A stretch of 61,959 bases of DNA, filler included, from Nemertoderma westbladi (taxonomy: Eukaryota > Animalia > Xenacoelomorpha): the NCBI GenBank assembly GCA_032718475.1. It is 3 parts of 3 records of this genome, joined end to end, with 100 filler letters (N's around TTAATTAATTAA, not from the genome) between each part and the next. Parts side by side here need not be neighbours in the genome. Positions count along the whole stretch, not along the records: positions 21,966 to 47,627 come from JAUCBJ010003074.1; 2 more parts are not named here. One strand, written 5' to 3'. The stretch's first letter is position 1. Every line of letters begins with the position of its first letter. Shown one piece after another: positions 25,239-35,871 of this stretch. A program made the translations under genes and the position numbers. A model generated the notes under the pieces. That model ran no database searches. It was not told where the DNA came from and saw nothing but the letters and a program-made list of their open reading frames with translations.

Positions 25239-27282
25239 ATGTCACCCAGATCAAAGTATAGAACATCTCAGACCGAAGTCGAAGTCCCCTCCTACTGTAA
25301 GAAAGGTTATCCCTACAGTAGTGGTATCGGACCCTAGGCTAGTAAAGCACCATAGGTCTATTATAGGCACTAGGGCTCAAGTTAAGCGAGACCAAGAGAT
25401 GGCTGCCAAACAACAACAGCGGAAGCAGGACAATTCGGTCCCGGACAATTCGGTCCGGACAATTCGGTCCCGGACAATTCGGTCCCGGACAATTCGGTCC
25501 CATTAATTTTGTGTTTTGGGACCGAATTGTCCGGGACCGAATTGTCCGGGACCGAATTGTCCGGATACTGACTAGGACAATTCGGTCCCAAAACATGCAT
25601 ATTAATGGGACCGAATTGTCCGGGACCGAATTGTCCGGGACCGAATTGTCCGGGACCGAATTGTCCGGGACCGAATTGTCCAGGACCGAATTGTCCGGGA
25701 CCAAATTTAATTGGTATTATATAATGGTGAATGTTCTAGAAACTTAATATATATTATTATATGGTAGGTAGCTAGTGTTTTTTTTACTAGCTAGTATTTT
25801 TTTAAAAATAAAAAAAATTTACTTTTTTTTGTTAGCATTATTATTTATGGTAGCTATGGTGTTTTTATGGAGCTTGTGAATTATTTACTAGCTAGTAATA
25901 GTATGTATTTAAAATGTTTATTTTTAAAACTGATATTTTTTATATATTGCGTATGTATACTGTATGTGTTGTTGGTTGGTTAACAAGCCTAAATTATTAT
26001 CCTAGATAATAGCTGGATCTCATTCAGGGACTGTTATAATATCATCAATATTTTTGGTAATTAATATAATCAGCAACAGTTTAGGCCTAATTCTGAAATA
26101 TCAATGTTTTCACAAGTGTTTTTATAATTTCAAGGAAATGCTAGCTAGTAAAAAAAAACACTAGCTACACCTTAATAAATAATATATAATAATGTTCTCG
26201 AACACTACCAATAACAAAAATAAAAAAAAATACAGTATTTTTAAATTTCAAAAAATTCTAGCAAGTAAATAACACTAGCTAGCATAACAAATATCTCTAC
26301 TAATGTTCTAGAACATTCACCAATATCAAAAAAGCACTAAAACGTTGCTATCAGGAACCGGACAATTCGGTCCCGGACAATTCGGTCCTAGGACAATTCG
26401 GTCCTAGGACAATTCGGTCCCGGACAATTCGGTCCCGGACAATTCGGTCCCATTTATTTAGTGTTTTGGGACCGAATTGTCCGGGACCGAATTGTCCGGG
26501 ACCGAATTGTCCGGACCGAATTGTCCGGGACCGAATTGTCCGGGACCGAATTGTCCTAGATCCAACAACAGCACCCGAACCGAGAACTTATTTCTCAACT
26601 GCGGAGTAACTCTAGTTCCGACACCGAAGAGTTAACGCCCGAGATCGGAACAAGGATGGAAGAAGAGGTTTATCCAGACCCACTTGTAATTCTTCCTGGG
26701 GCCGTACTCACTAGAGTACTTATAGCTGTGGAGGAACATCGTGCGGATTGGACGAGAAATAAGAGATCGACCAAGGACAGTTATGCCGGATACCCGAAGG
26801 AAGAACTAGGGTCTATTGTAGAGACTCAATGGAACTTCCCCGGACCCGGACTCCCGTTTAACTTATCGGAAGCTGCCTGGGAGGACTTATAACAAATGGG
26901 GGTAGTGAAGGACACCAGAGATCCCGCTGTATGGAAGAGGTCAGCAGCAGGATATGTCCAGGGATTCTTCAACTCCTTGGAACGACTAGAAGAACATTTA
27001 TTTCAACAACCTCAGGGACCTCAAGAGCAGGGAGAGCTGCTTTACCAAGTGAGAGAACGTATCTTACGGATCAGATTAATCCTTTCAGCCTTTGAGAGGA
27101 GGCCTCGAAGAGAAGCCAAGACACGTCGTTGCAAGTGGCTGTAAAGACTTGGTTCAAACGAGTAAATGTTAAAGTACAGGGAACGACACAATGGAGAGTC
27201 CAGCTAACTGAACGCATAACCCACGGAGAATCAACAGATGCAACCTTTTCTCATGTGGAAGGCGAAGCGGTATCAGAAAAAC
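25239..27282 (+). pseudogene. Disrupted accessory ORF of BEL/Pao family C, 5' part; continues at 37364
   Basis: The frame continues across the 25421-26563 insertion (AKQQQ|HPNREL). One stop at 26890 and apparent frameshifts near 25290 and 27095. No recognisable domain. Confidence 0.6.
25421..26563. mobile_element. Foldback/MULE-like element with 15-bp unit arrays (CCGGACAATTCGGTC)
   Basis: 9-bp TSD AACAACAGC (25412-25420 and 26564-26572) and GGA...TCC termini. Each arm is itself a palindrome of 15-mer arrays around an AT-rich core. Confidence 0.9.
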
Positions 27283-27702
27283 TGTTCGCGCTATTTCAAC
27301 TTTTCTTAACGTGAGTTGAATATTTTTCGGATTTATTTATAAGGAATATTCCAATATCAATAACAACCATCCGGATTTTAAGACCAGAAAGAAGCCTACG
27401 TTGTCTTGCATCATAGCATTTTTTTTATAGCTGGTTTTAATTAAGTATTGTAATTAGCAAACAATTAGAAATCAAGCCAATTAAATTATTATTTTACAGA
27501 TGAGATTTCGGGGGGATATTTGGGCATCAACCCAAATCATCGAACTAGTTGAGCCCTGGAATACAGTAAGTCGGAAAGTATATTATTACATATTACAGTA
27601 TATTATATAATATATATAATATATACAGTATTATTATATTATCCCACATTAACCTACAGTAGACCTACATGTTGTTGATTTTGGTTACCTATAACTGTTA
27701 CC

Positions 27703-28212
27703 ATGATGATTGTTAATAATTGTTGCTGTTGTGTCAATCTACGCAATGGTTCTAGAATTGTCGCTGTACTTAGTATCATCGGAGGTATTGGGGCCATTAT
27801 CGGAAGGGTCCTCACCATAGGCAATCTGACAAGCTGGCATCATATTACAGCCATGTTCTTTTTTCAAGACCTAACCATATGGCTAATAGTGTTGCTGATA
27901 ATAGCTTCTATTGCTCTGATTATATCAACGCAGGGCCAAGGGAACAGGCAACTAACGTACCCATGGATTGGAATGGTTGTTGCGAGCGCCATCAATTCAT
28001 TAATTACGACCATCTTGTTGATGCTGGTGGCAACTGATTTGGGCGTCATAATTGGGTGTTCAGTCGCCATAGTTTTGGGGCTTCTATTGGATGTTTATCT
28101 GATTTTGGTTGTTGTGAGTTTCGGTCAGGAATTAGATGCTGGCAGTGACGGCACTGGAATCGGAGGTTATAAGGGTATGACACAACCATCACCAAACTAT
28201 GGGTCCGCATAA
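27703..28212 (+). CDS. Four-transmembrane protein, LAPTM/DUF4728-like, single-exon CDS
   Basis: Intact 169-aa ORF with ACCATG start. N-terminal CCCCVNLRNG motif, four hydrophobic segments, and PW in TM3 and VVVSF at the end of TM4, as in invertebrate LAPTM-like families. Confidence 0.75.
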   Translation: MMIVNNCCCCVNLRNGSRIVAVLSIIGGIGAIIGRVLTIGNLTSWHHITAMFFFQDLTIWLIVLLIIASIALIISTQGQGNRQLTYPWIGMVVASAINSLITTILLMLVATDLGVIIGCSVAIVLGLLLDVYLILVVVSFGQELDAGSDGTGIGGYKGMTQPSPNYGSA

Positions 28213-28606
28213 TTACCTCACTCTCTCATCTCTTTTCGTTTCTGTGTATTCATCTCATTCGCTTATCTCTTTCCACGACCATGGCTTTCTCTTATCACCT
28301 TTATATAAAGGTCATACTATACTGTACTGTATTAACTATTTAATACTTGTGTGTAAAGTACAGTAGCACTTTACAGTGTGATGATCTGAGTGCTTTATTA
28401 CACAAACGAACGTAGTGAGTGAGTGAAAATAAAACCACGAGGATCAGAAATCTGTAAAGTACTTTGCAACAAGTATGTATGTAGCTTTATTCCAAATTGT
28501 AACGAAATGATTGTACATATACATTATAAGTGATAGAAACTGCACAAATTGCATTAGTTGCTGTATAAATATATGTAAAAATGACATTTATGGTGCGTGT
28601 GGAGCC

Positions 28607-29281
28607 ATGCAACTGGAGGTTTGCGGAAACTGCGGTTCAGAACAGTGTCCACGCGGAAGGAGAAATCGGGTTACTGATTCGTGCCTCCAGCTCCTTGGAA
28701 TACTTTACTGTCCCTATTGCGCGACATCCGGCCACGATATTTCGGTTTGCCCTATCCTTTACAACCTCTGCACAGAATGCGGTTTCCGTGGACATTCCGC
28801 AAGCCCCCGTTGTAACATAAAGTGTCCTACGAAGGACGTAACACCTATGGGAAATATGGTTATGTTCGAAACCTACGTCAATAACCACGTAAAGACCAAA
28901 GTGCGGAGGAGCGCTCGAAATATCGAGCAAGAAATGGCGTGCGGATACTTCTCATTCCCAGAACGCCTCCATACGACAGCGATGCTACCATTCCATTATG
29001 TGGATCTACTATTAAGCGCTGGATTATTCGGTCCCTTCGAGATCCTCAGGCGCTTATACTCCTACAAGGATGAATTCGGTGATGGAAAGTGGTTTCTAGA
29101 GGCACGCACTACCGATTTGGAGAGACGGACGGATATGATCCCGCTACCATCTAAAGGAAGAGCCGCCAGGAGACAAGCTGAAGCGATGTTCGCGATGGAC
29201 GTTGATGCTCCCCTACCTGCACTGGCGATCGACGAGAGTAGACGGGCGAAGAGGAGGAAGGCGTATCAGAGTAAGAAATAG
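28607..29281 (+). CDS. Accessory ORF of BEL/Pao family A/B with zinc-knuckle motifs (224 aa from GCCATG; may be 5'-truncated)
   Basis: CPYCATSGHDISVC (CX2CX4HX4C), CTECGFRGHSASPRC (CX2CX4HX5C), an extra CGNC, and a basic C-terminus RRAKRRK. Ends about 170 bp before the PPT. Its 3' third recurs at 35473-35694 before the other LTR. Confidence 0.7.
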   Translation: MQLEVCGNCGSEQCPRGRRNRVTDSCLQLLGILYCPYCATSGHDISVCPILYNLCTECGFRGHSASPRCNIKCPTKDVTPMGNMVMFETYVNNHVKTKVRRSARNIEQEMACGYFSFPERLHTTAMLPFHYVDLLLSAGLFGPFEILRRLYSYKDEFGDGKWFLEARTTDLERRTDMIPLPSKGRAARRQAEAMFAMDVDAPLPALAIDESRRAKRRKAYQSKK

Positions 29282-29458
29282 AGGACCAGGATATTCCAGA
29301 GACATTTATATCGAACATTTATTTTTATATTTACATAAACTAACTCTAGGAAAAATTAATCAAGACTATGCAATATTAAAATTTGGGTTTTTTATATGGG
29401 AAATGACCTACGCAAACTCGATCTACCGATAGACCTCACGAAGGTCATTGGGGGGGAC

Positions 29459-30952
29459 TGTTCGCGGTATTTCAACTTTTCTTAACGCGAGTTGAATATT
29501 TTTCGGATTTATTTATAATGAATATTCCAATATCAATACTGGGTGCGGGAACATGGAATTTGGGTACATTCAATGGACTGGGGGCGATTTACGGGCGAAT
29601 ATTGGGGCGACTTACGGGGTACGGGACTCATGTCAGATATTTAAGGGCCAGGGGTGGGAGGCAAAATCAAGCAGTACTCAGGTTTACCTGAATACTATTA
29701 GGCCTAGCCAACTTCCTGCTGCCTGTAGAGGTGGATTTGGTAACTCGCTAGGCCTAGGGACAAGGACTGCCCTTAGCGGTCCCTGGCCAACAGCAGTTAT
29801 TACGAGCCTGAATAAGGACTCGGAAAGTCTGCTGATTGTGTCAGGGATTTGCGACGGGAACTGACAGACAGATCCTTAGCGGTCCCTGGTCACCGGCAGT
29901 TATTACGAGCCTGAATAAGGACTCGGAAAGCTTGCCGACTATGCCAGGGACTTGCGACGGGTCGACTGACTAAGGAGGAAGGGTTCGACGAGGACTGCCT
30001 TCCTGGAGTGGGTTCCACGACCAGCGTTAGTACGAGCCTGAATAAGGACTCGGAAAACTACCAACAGTTGGGACTCACGATGGGCTGACAGACCCCTTGC
30101 CAAGCCGTACCGCTTTCCTGATGACCGATCCCTTCGGGGTTCGGGAAGGGTGGGACGGACACGCAACGGGGTCGAAAGACAAAGGACCGGACTCCACTGG
30201 CCTACCGACTGTTCGGAGCAGCTTCTCGGCTACCGAAGCGACTATGAGCCTGAAAAGGATTCGGAAAGCTTAGGTGGTTGGGTCCCTGTGATGAACCGAT
30301 GGACCCCTAGCCAAGCCGTACCGCTTTCCTGATGACCGATCCCTTCGGGGTTCGGGAAGGGTGGGACGGACAAGCAAACGGGTCCACCGACTCGACAGAC
30401 CCCTAGCCAAGCCGTACCGCTTTCCTGATGACCGATCCCTTCGGGGTTCGGGAAGGGTGGGACGGACATGCAACCGGGTCTACCGACTTGACCAACCCTT
30501 AGCCAAGCCGTACCGCTTTCCTGATGACCAATCCCTTCAGGGTTCGGGAAGGGTGGGACAGACACGCAACAGGGTCAACCGACACCGACACTACGGTACC
30601 GAGACTAGGACCGAGGGAAAATGGGGAACATTAGTTAGGTTAAAATCTAAAGCTAACAGTGGGTAATTAAATAATGTACTGTAGGAATTTATATTGTCGT
30701 ATATTATTGTGAATATTTGGTGTATATTGATGTGGGGAAGCCCAACTTATTCTCAATCAAGGTTCAACTGTAGGAAAGTTACATTAAAAGATTATATCCA
30801 ACCAATGCAACTTTTTCTCAATTGCAATCTTGCATCTCAGAAAGGACTCCTTCTCCACTCCCAATATCCGGTGACTGGCCGGAATCCCATGGTCTGAAAA
30901 TTCCGCCTCCAGCATCGGCGTTTTCCCCATGGTGTCGGGAATAACGGCAACA
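29459..30952 (+). mobile_element. LTR (middle, shared), 1494 bp
   Basis: TGTT...AACA termini, preceded by the G-rich PPT GGGGGGGAC. Direct repeat of 35872-37358. Confidence 0.92.
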
Positions 30953-31157
30953 AAATTGAGAATAAGACGCGGCCAACTTCAACTGGTGGAAGTTGGGAAT
31001 TCTACAGTACTCTTCAAACTCTCCCCGTGCTTACCTAGCACCCACTACGAGGAAACTCTGGTATTTGATTTAAGACAAAGCCGTGGTTTAATCAACTTAC
31101 AAACTCAAACTAAAACTCGTAGTCGGCAGATCATTAATAGAGAGTCGTTAACAGGGA

Positions 31158-31340
31158 ATGGAAGTATCGATCACACCTATTGATATAATCCAAGTTGAGC
31201 CAGGAATCTGGCACATTGAAGTCGAAGTGCAAGAAACAAACATTGGACGATTCAGGATTACCGTTCAGGCTGAATATGAAACCTACGACGAACTATTTTA
31301 CGATATCGCATATCTAGCAATAAATGAGGTGCTAGAATGA
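31158..31340 (+). CDS. 60-aa acidic upstream ORF whose stop overlaps the gag start (ATGA)
   Basis: ATG start in GGAATGG context; the TGA at 31338-31340 overlaps the gag ATG at 31337. Confidence 0.35.
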   Translation: MEVSITPIDIIQVEPGIWHIEVEVQETNIGRFRITVQAEYETYDELFYDIAYLAINEVLE

Positions 31341-34300
31341 TGACGAATAACGTCTCCGACACCAATGAAATGGAGCCCCACACAGACTCGGAAACCGACG
31401 AGGTTCCAAACGTAAAGAACATGGCCCGTCGACTGGGCACTCTCAAAGGCGGAGTGACTCGAGCATATCACCGCTTCGAGAAACAAGGGAGCCGAGACCC
31501 CCTCAGCGATATACAGACTCAACTACAAAAAATCCGAAGTATCCTACAACGATATGAATGGATGATACAGGCATATCAGGAACTCATCCCCGCAACCAAT
31601 CTGGAAAACTACCCCAGACTGGAGTAACACGCTGCACATCTGGAAGAGTTCCGCAAGCAACATCGGAGGACCCTCAGCCTCGTAAGAGGATACGAAGAAC
31701 GGTATTACAACAGAACTGAAAGGGCAGACGCGGAATCAGTGCAGACCTCCGGCACCAGGACCGTGGTTCAGCGAAAGAGAACTGGGTCCTCGAGGCACCA
31801 GCACTCCAGCGCTAGGAGCGAGATATCCGGTTCAGCGCGCAGCTCCTAAGGGGGTCAGCCACTCTGAGACCAGCTACGAGGAGAACAGAGGGCATTGCCC
31901 TTAAAGCTCGAATGGAGGATGAATACGTTCAATTACAGATCGAACAGGACGTACTAGCCGAGGAAAGACATAAACAGGAGGCCGAAATACAGGCCGAGAT
32001 ACGTAAACAAGAGGCCGACATTCGTAAACGAAATGCCGAGGCCCAAGCGATTCTTATTCACAAAAAGAATGTAGATATCGCTAAACTCGCAGACTATGAA
32101 GCCGCACTCATAGAACGGGACCTTCAACTATACGAGGACTGGGAAAGGGGTATAGAACAGGACTATGAACCAATTCCGGTACCGGAATTAGAAAAGTCAT
32201 TTACGCCACCGGCTGCGAAACCTCCGAAACCTGAGTTCCTGCCAACCATACGGTCCACATTATCGGCACAAGCACCGGCATTCCATCCCCCACCGGTTAC
32301 GCTTAAGAATGAGGAACCCTATTTTCCCCCCAACCCTACGACACCGAGCGTTCCCCAGTATGAGCCTGAAAAGGACTCGGAATGGGACGCCACCCCTAGA
32401 TCCAATAATCCATTCACATCTACACCGAAAATCTGTAACCGCGTCATCATTAAAACTCCACCTCTCATCGATCAATCATGTATGGGAGAAAGCATTAGTA
32501 ACTATAATCCTCCTAGTCATTCCAGTTCGGACGACATCGGCATCATCTGAGCATTAGAGAACCGCCTAGCTATGCCCAAGATGGAGATCCGTACCTTCGA
32601 GGGAGACCCCGTTGATTATCTCGGATTTAAAAAACGGTGCTTTGCTCAGATCGGATCAACAGACATAACCGACGCGCAAAAACTGGTATATTTATCTCAA
32701 TACCTGGGTGACAAACCACGCCGAATCGTTAAATGTTTCGAAGGAGGATCTCAAGAAGCGTACCACGACGCGTGGAAAACTCTAGATAAAAGATATGGTA
32801 ACATCGGAACCATAATCAATAAGACGCTTGAAAAACTGATACAGGACGCTGGATCTCTAGTGGACCCACAGAATATCGAAGAGTTTCCGGACTCAATGAA
32901 AGATGCTTACTACACTTTAAAACCATTGAACAATGAGGAACAAGTAAACAACATCCTAAACCTCCGACAGATTGCCCGGAAGTTCCCCGGATGGTTGCAA
33001 AGCAAATGGGCGTATAAATGTGTCGATCTCCGACGCAGACACCCGGATCGGGATCCTAGTTTCCTCGAAATGTCGGCATTCATAGAAGATATATCAGAGG
33101 CCATGAACGACTCCATGTTCTCCAAACAGAGTCTCTCCAAATTGGATGGGATGGAGAGCAATTTCCAGAGCAGGGCACCCGCTCCAAACCCAAGATTCCG
33201 TCCTACTCCTGTGAGTACGATGGCCGTCAGTATGGCCGAGGATTCAGATGATGAGGATTACGAGGAACCGACCTTAGCAGAAGAATGGGCATGCTATTTG
33301 GCTAACTGGGGGCCCGATAGGAAAGGAACAACGGCCTCCCCTATATGTCTCTTCTGCGGGGAGAAACACAAGATGGAATTCTGCAGAAAATTCCAGTTCG
33401 CCGAACTCGTTCCACGCTTCGAGGCAATAATGAAACACCGAGGATGCTTCCGGTGTCTTGGAACAGGTCACTACGTACGGGATTGCGACCAAAGGCCATG
33501 CTGTGCGGTTTGTAATGACCTACGACATCATACACTCCTCCACATTCCCGCAAATTTCGATTTCACCACCCTACCGTTCCGTATCGAATCCAAACGGAGA
33601 GGAGAATCGAATCACGTCTCCAAGGGTACCCGGACGATTCAGCGGAGGGAAACCAATCCGTTCAAGACCACCGCTGATGTATCACATGTGACCAGCATAT
33701 CAGCTACGGTCAATTTAATAAACCGCCGTTATATGGTCTTCGCCAAAGTGACCCCGGTAAGAATGCAAGGGGTCGGAAAATCCTTAACAACACTCGCATT
33801 CCTTGACAACGGGTCGGACGGAACCATCATCGACAGGGATTTCCTTGAACAACTAGGCCTAGACTATGAACCCTGCAAGCGGCCCATACAGACTATAACC
33901 AACCATAAAGAAGTGGAGTCCGGGGAGGTACAATGGAAGGAGTTATGAAGGGTTACGAAGCGGTCAAACTAACGATCAAAAATGCTCTGGTACATACCGA
34001 CCTCAGAGTGCGGTTCCGACAATCATCCGAATACGCACCCCTCATACAGTTAGACCGGGAAGATGTAGATCTACGATGCCCACCGTTGGATGTGAACAGA
34101 ATTACGCTATTAATCGGACTCGATACACCGGAATTACATATACCGACCGGAGACATCGCCCGATCCGTAAACCCTGACGATGGTTTCTATGCGGAGTGCA
34201 CCATCATGGGATGGACACTCTGTGGCATCAAAGAGGAAACTACCGACACATATACATATCTTCCTAAATGCCAGATCAAAGAGAACGCAACATCTGTGGG

Positions 34301-35152
34301 TTACTGTTCAGCAACCGACCTGGACAAGGATTTATTCTTGGAAACAGAAAAAACCCAACAGGAGATGACAAAATATTTCAACCTAGAGACTCAAGAATTT
34401 GCTGAGAAGGACGAGAATCCGTCCGAAGAAGATCAATATTGTATGGATGTTCTCGACCAGGCAACATTCAAAGACGGACATTGGTGATCGCCCATGCTTT
34501 GGAAAGACCCAGACAGACTGATGGCTAACAACGCTAGTGTGGCTCTAAGGAGGCTAGTAATGACGTTGATGATGATAATGACATTGATTGCAATAATAAC
34601 ATTGAGACAGTGGGAGAGCATGGACTAATCTGCCGTAATACCCGGATGGTGAACGCCCCGGTTGAGTCCCTCACACCCAACCATCTACTCGGAAGACCCA
34701 AGACCAACATTCTTCCGGAGGCAATGTTCCCAGATCCCAATGATATTGCGAGACACACCAACTGGAAAATGGCCCAAGCGCTGGCAGCGCACTGGTGGAT
34801 AATCTGGGCCCAAGAGTACCTCATAACCCTCCGGACCAGAAGGAAGTGGAATAACCGGAACGTCGCAGTTGGCGACATGGTGCTGGTTAAGGAAGACCTT
34901 AAAGACCGCGTCCACTGGCCTGTGGCGCGAGTCACGGAAATAACCCCAAGCAAGGACGGACTTGCGAGGACAGTGACGATACGGACGGCGAAGGGCCACT
35001 TCCAACGCCCTATCCAGAGGCTGTGCCTTCTTGAAGGCAATGACAGCGGTGACTCCACGACTCCACGAGAGGTGATAAGTTCCCTACTCCGGATCCTGCT
35101 ATGGACATTGGTGACAATGCTAAACCCGTTTAAACCCTTCTCATCCTGTTGA
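31337..35152 (+). pseudogene. BEL/Pao gag-pol, defective; RT, RNase H and integrase core deleted near 34560-34630
   Basis: DUF1759-like FEGDP, knuckles CFRCLGTGHYVRDC and CAVCNDLRHHTLLH, protease FLDNGS, and integrase C-terminus LTPNHLL...W..EYL. Several stops and frameshifts. Confidence 0.92.
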
Positions 35153-35871
35153 CAAACTCTTAAATGTGATTTACTGACAATGAATAATGGACCCCCCTTA
35201 AACCAACTGTAACCATGCAATGGTATTTGTGTTTCCTCGTGTATTATGTGGAGTCCAGCGTCACCCTGCTGATGTTTCGACTGACGCAGGGTAGTTTATG
35301 TATTGTTCACCCTGATTTTGGTCATCGGGACCAACTATATTGGATTATTGGAAATGGTAAAGATTTGAAGTGGAATTCATTGTATCCATTGTGTTGTATT
35401 GTGTTGTCCGTTGCGTGCGCAGTTCGGGGCGTAGGCGGTGTAACTAGTCCAGATTCCTAGTCAGATTACTAGTCCTACAAGGATGAATTCGGTGACGGAA
35501 AGTGGTTTCTAGAGGCACGCACTACCGAGTTGGAGAGACGGACGGATATGATCCTGCTACCATCTAAAGGAAGAGCCGCCAGGAGACAAGCTGAAGCGAT
35601 GTTCGCGATGGACGTTGATGCTCCCCTACCTGCACTGGCGATCGACGAGAGTAGACGGGCGAAGAGGAGGAAGGCGTATCAGAGTAAGAAATAGAGGACC
35701 AGGATATTCCAGAGACATTTATATCGAACATTTATTTTTATATTTACATAAACTAACTCTAGGAAAAATTAATCAAGACTATGCAATATTAAAATTTGGG
35801 TTTTTTATATGGGAAATGACCTACGCAAACTCGATCTACCGATAGACATCACGAAGGTCATTGGGGGGGAC

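Noticed and set aside
25339-25747. PDNSV/GTELS pentapeptide-repeat ORFs
   Set aside because: Translation of the 15-bp transposon arm repeats.
27703-28212. Retroviral env call for the hydrophobic ORF
   Set aside because: Four closely spaced TM segments and no ectodomain; it fits a host tetraspan family better.
28511-28606. N-terminal extension of the 256-aa ORF in the supplied track
   Set aside because: Starts at TTG in AT-rich DNA that looks like it lies across a junction; the first ATG is at 28607.
30105-30160. Functional hammerhead ribozyme annotation
   Set aside because: No stem I, GAAG instead of GAAA, and a C-G rather than G-C pair at the base of stem II. Kept only as a structured-RNA finding.
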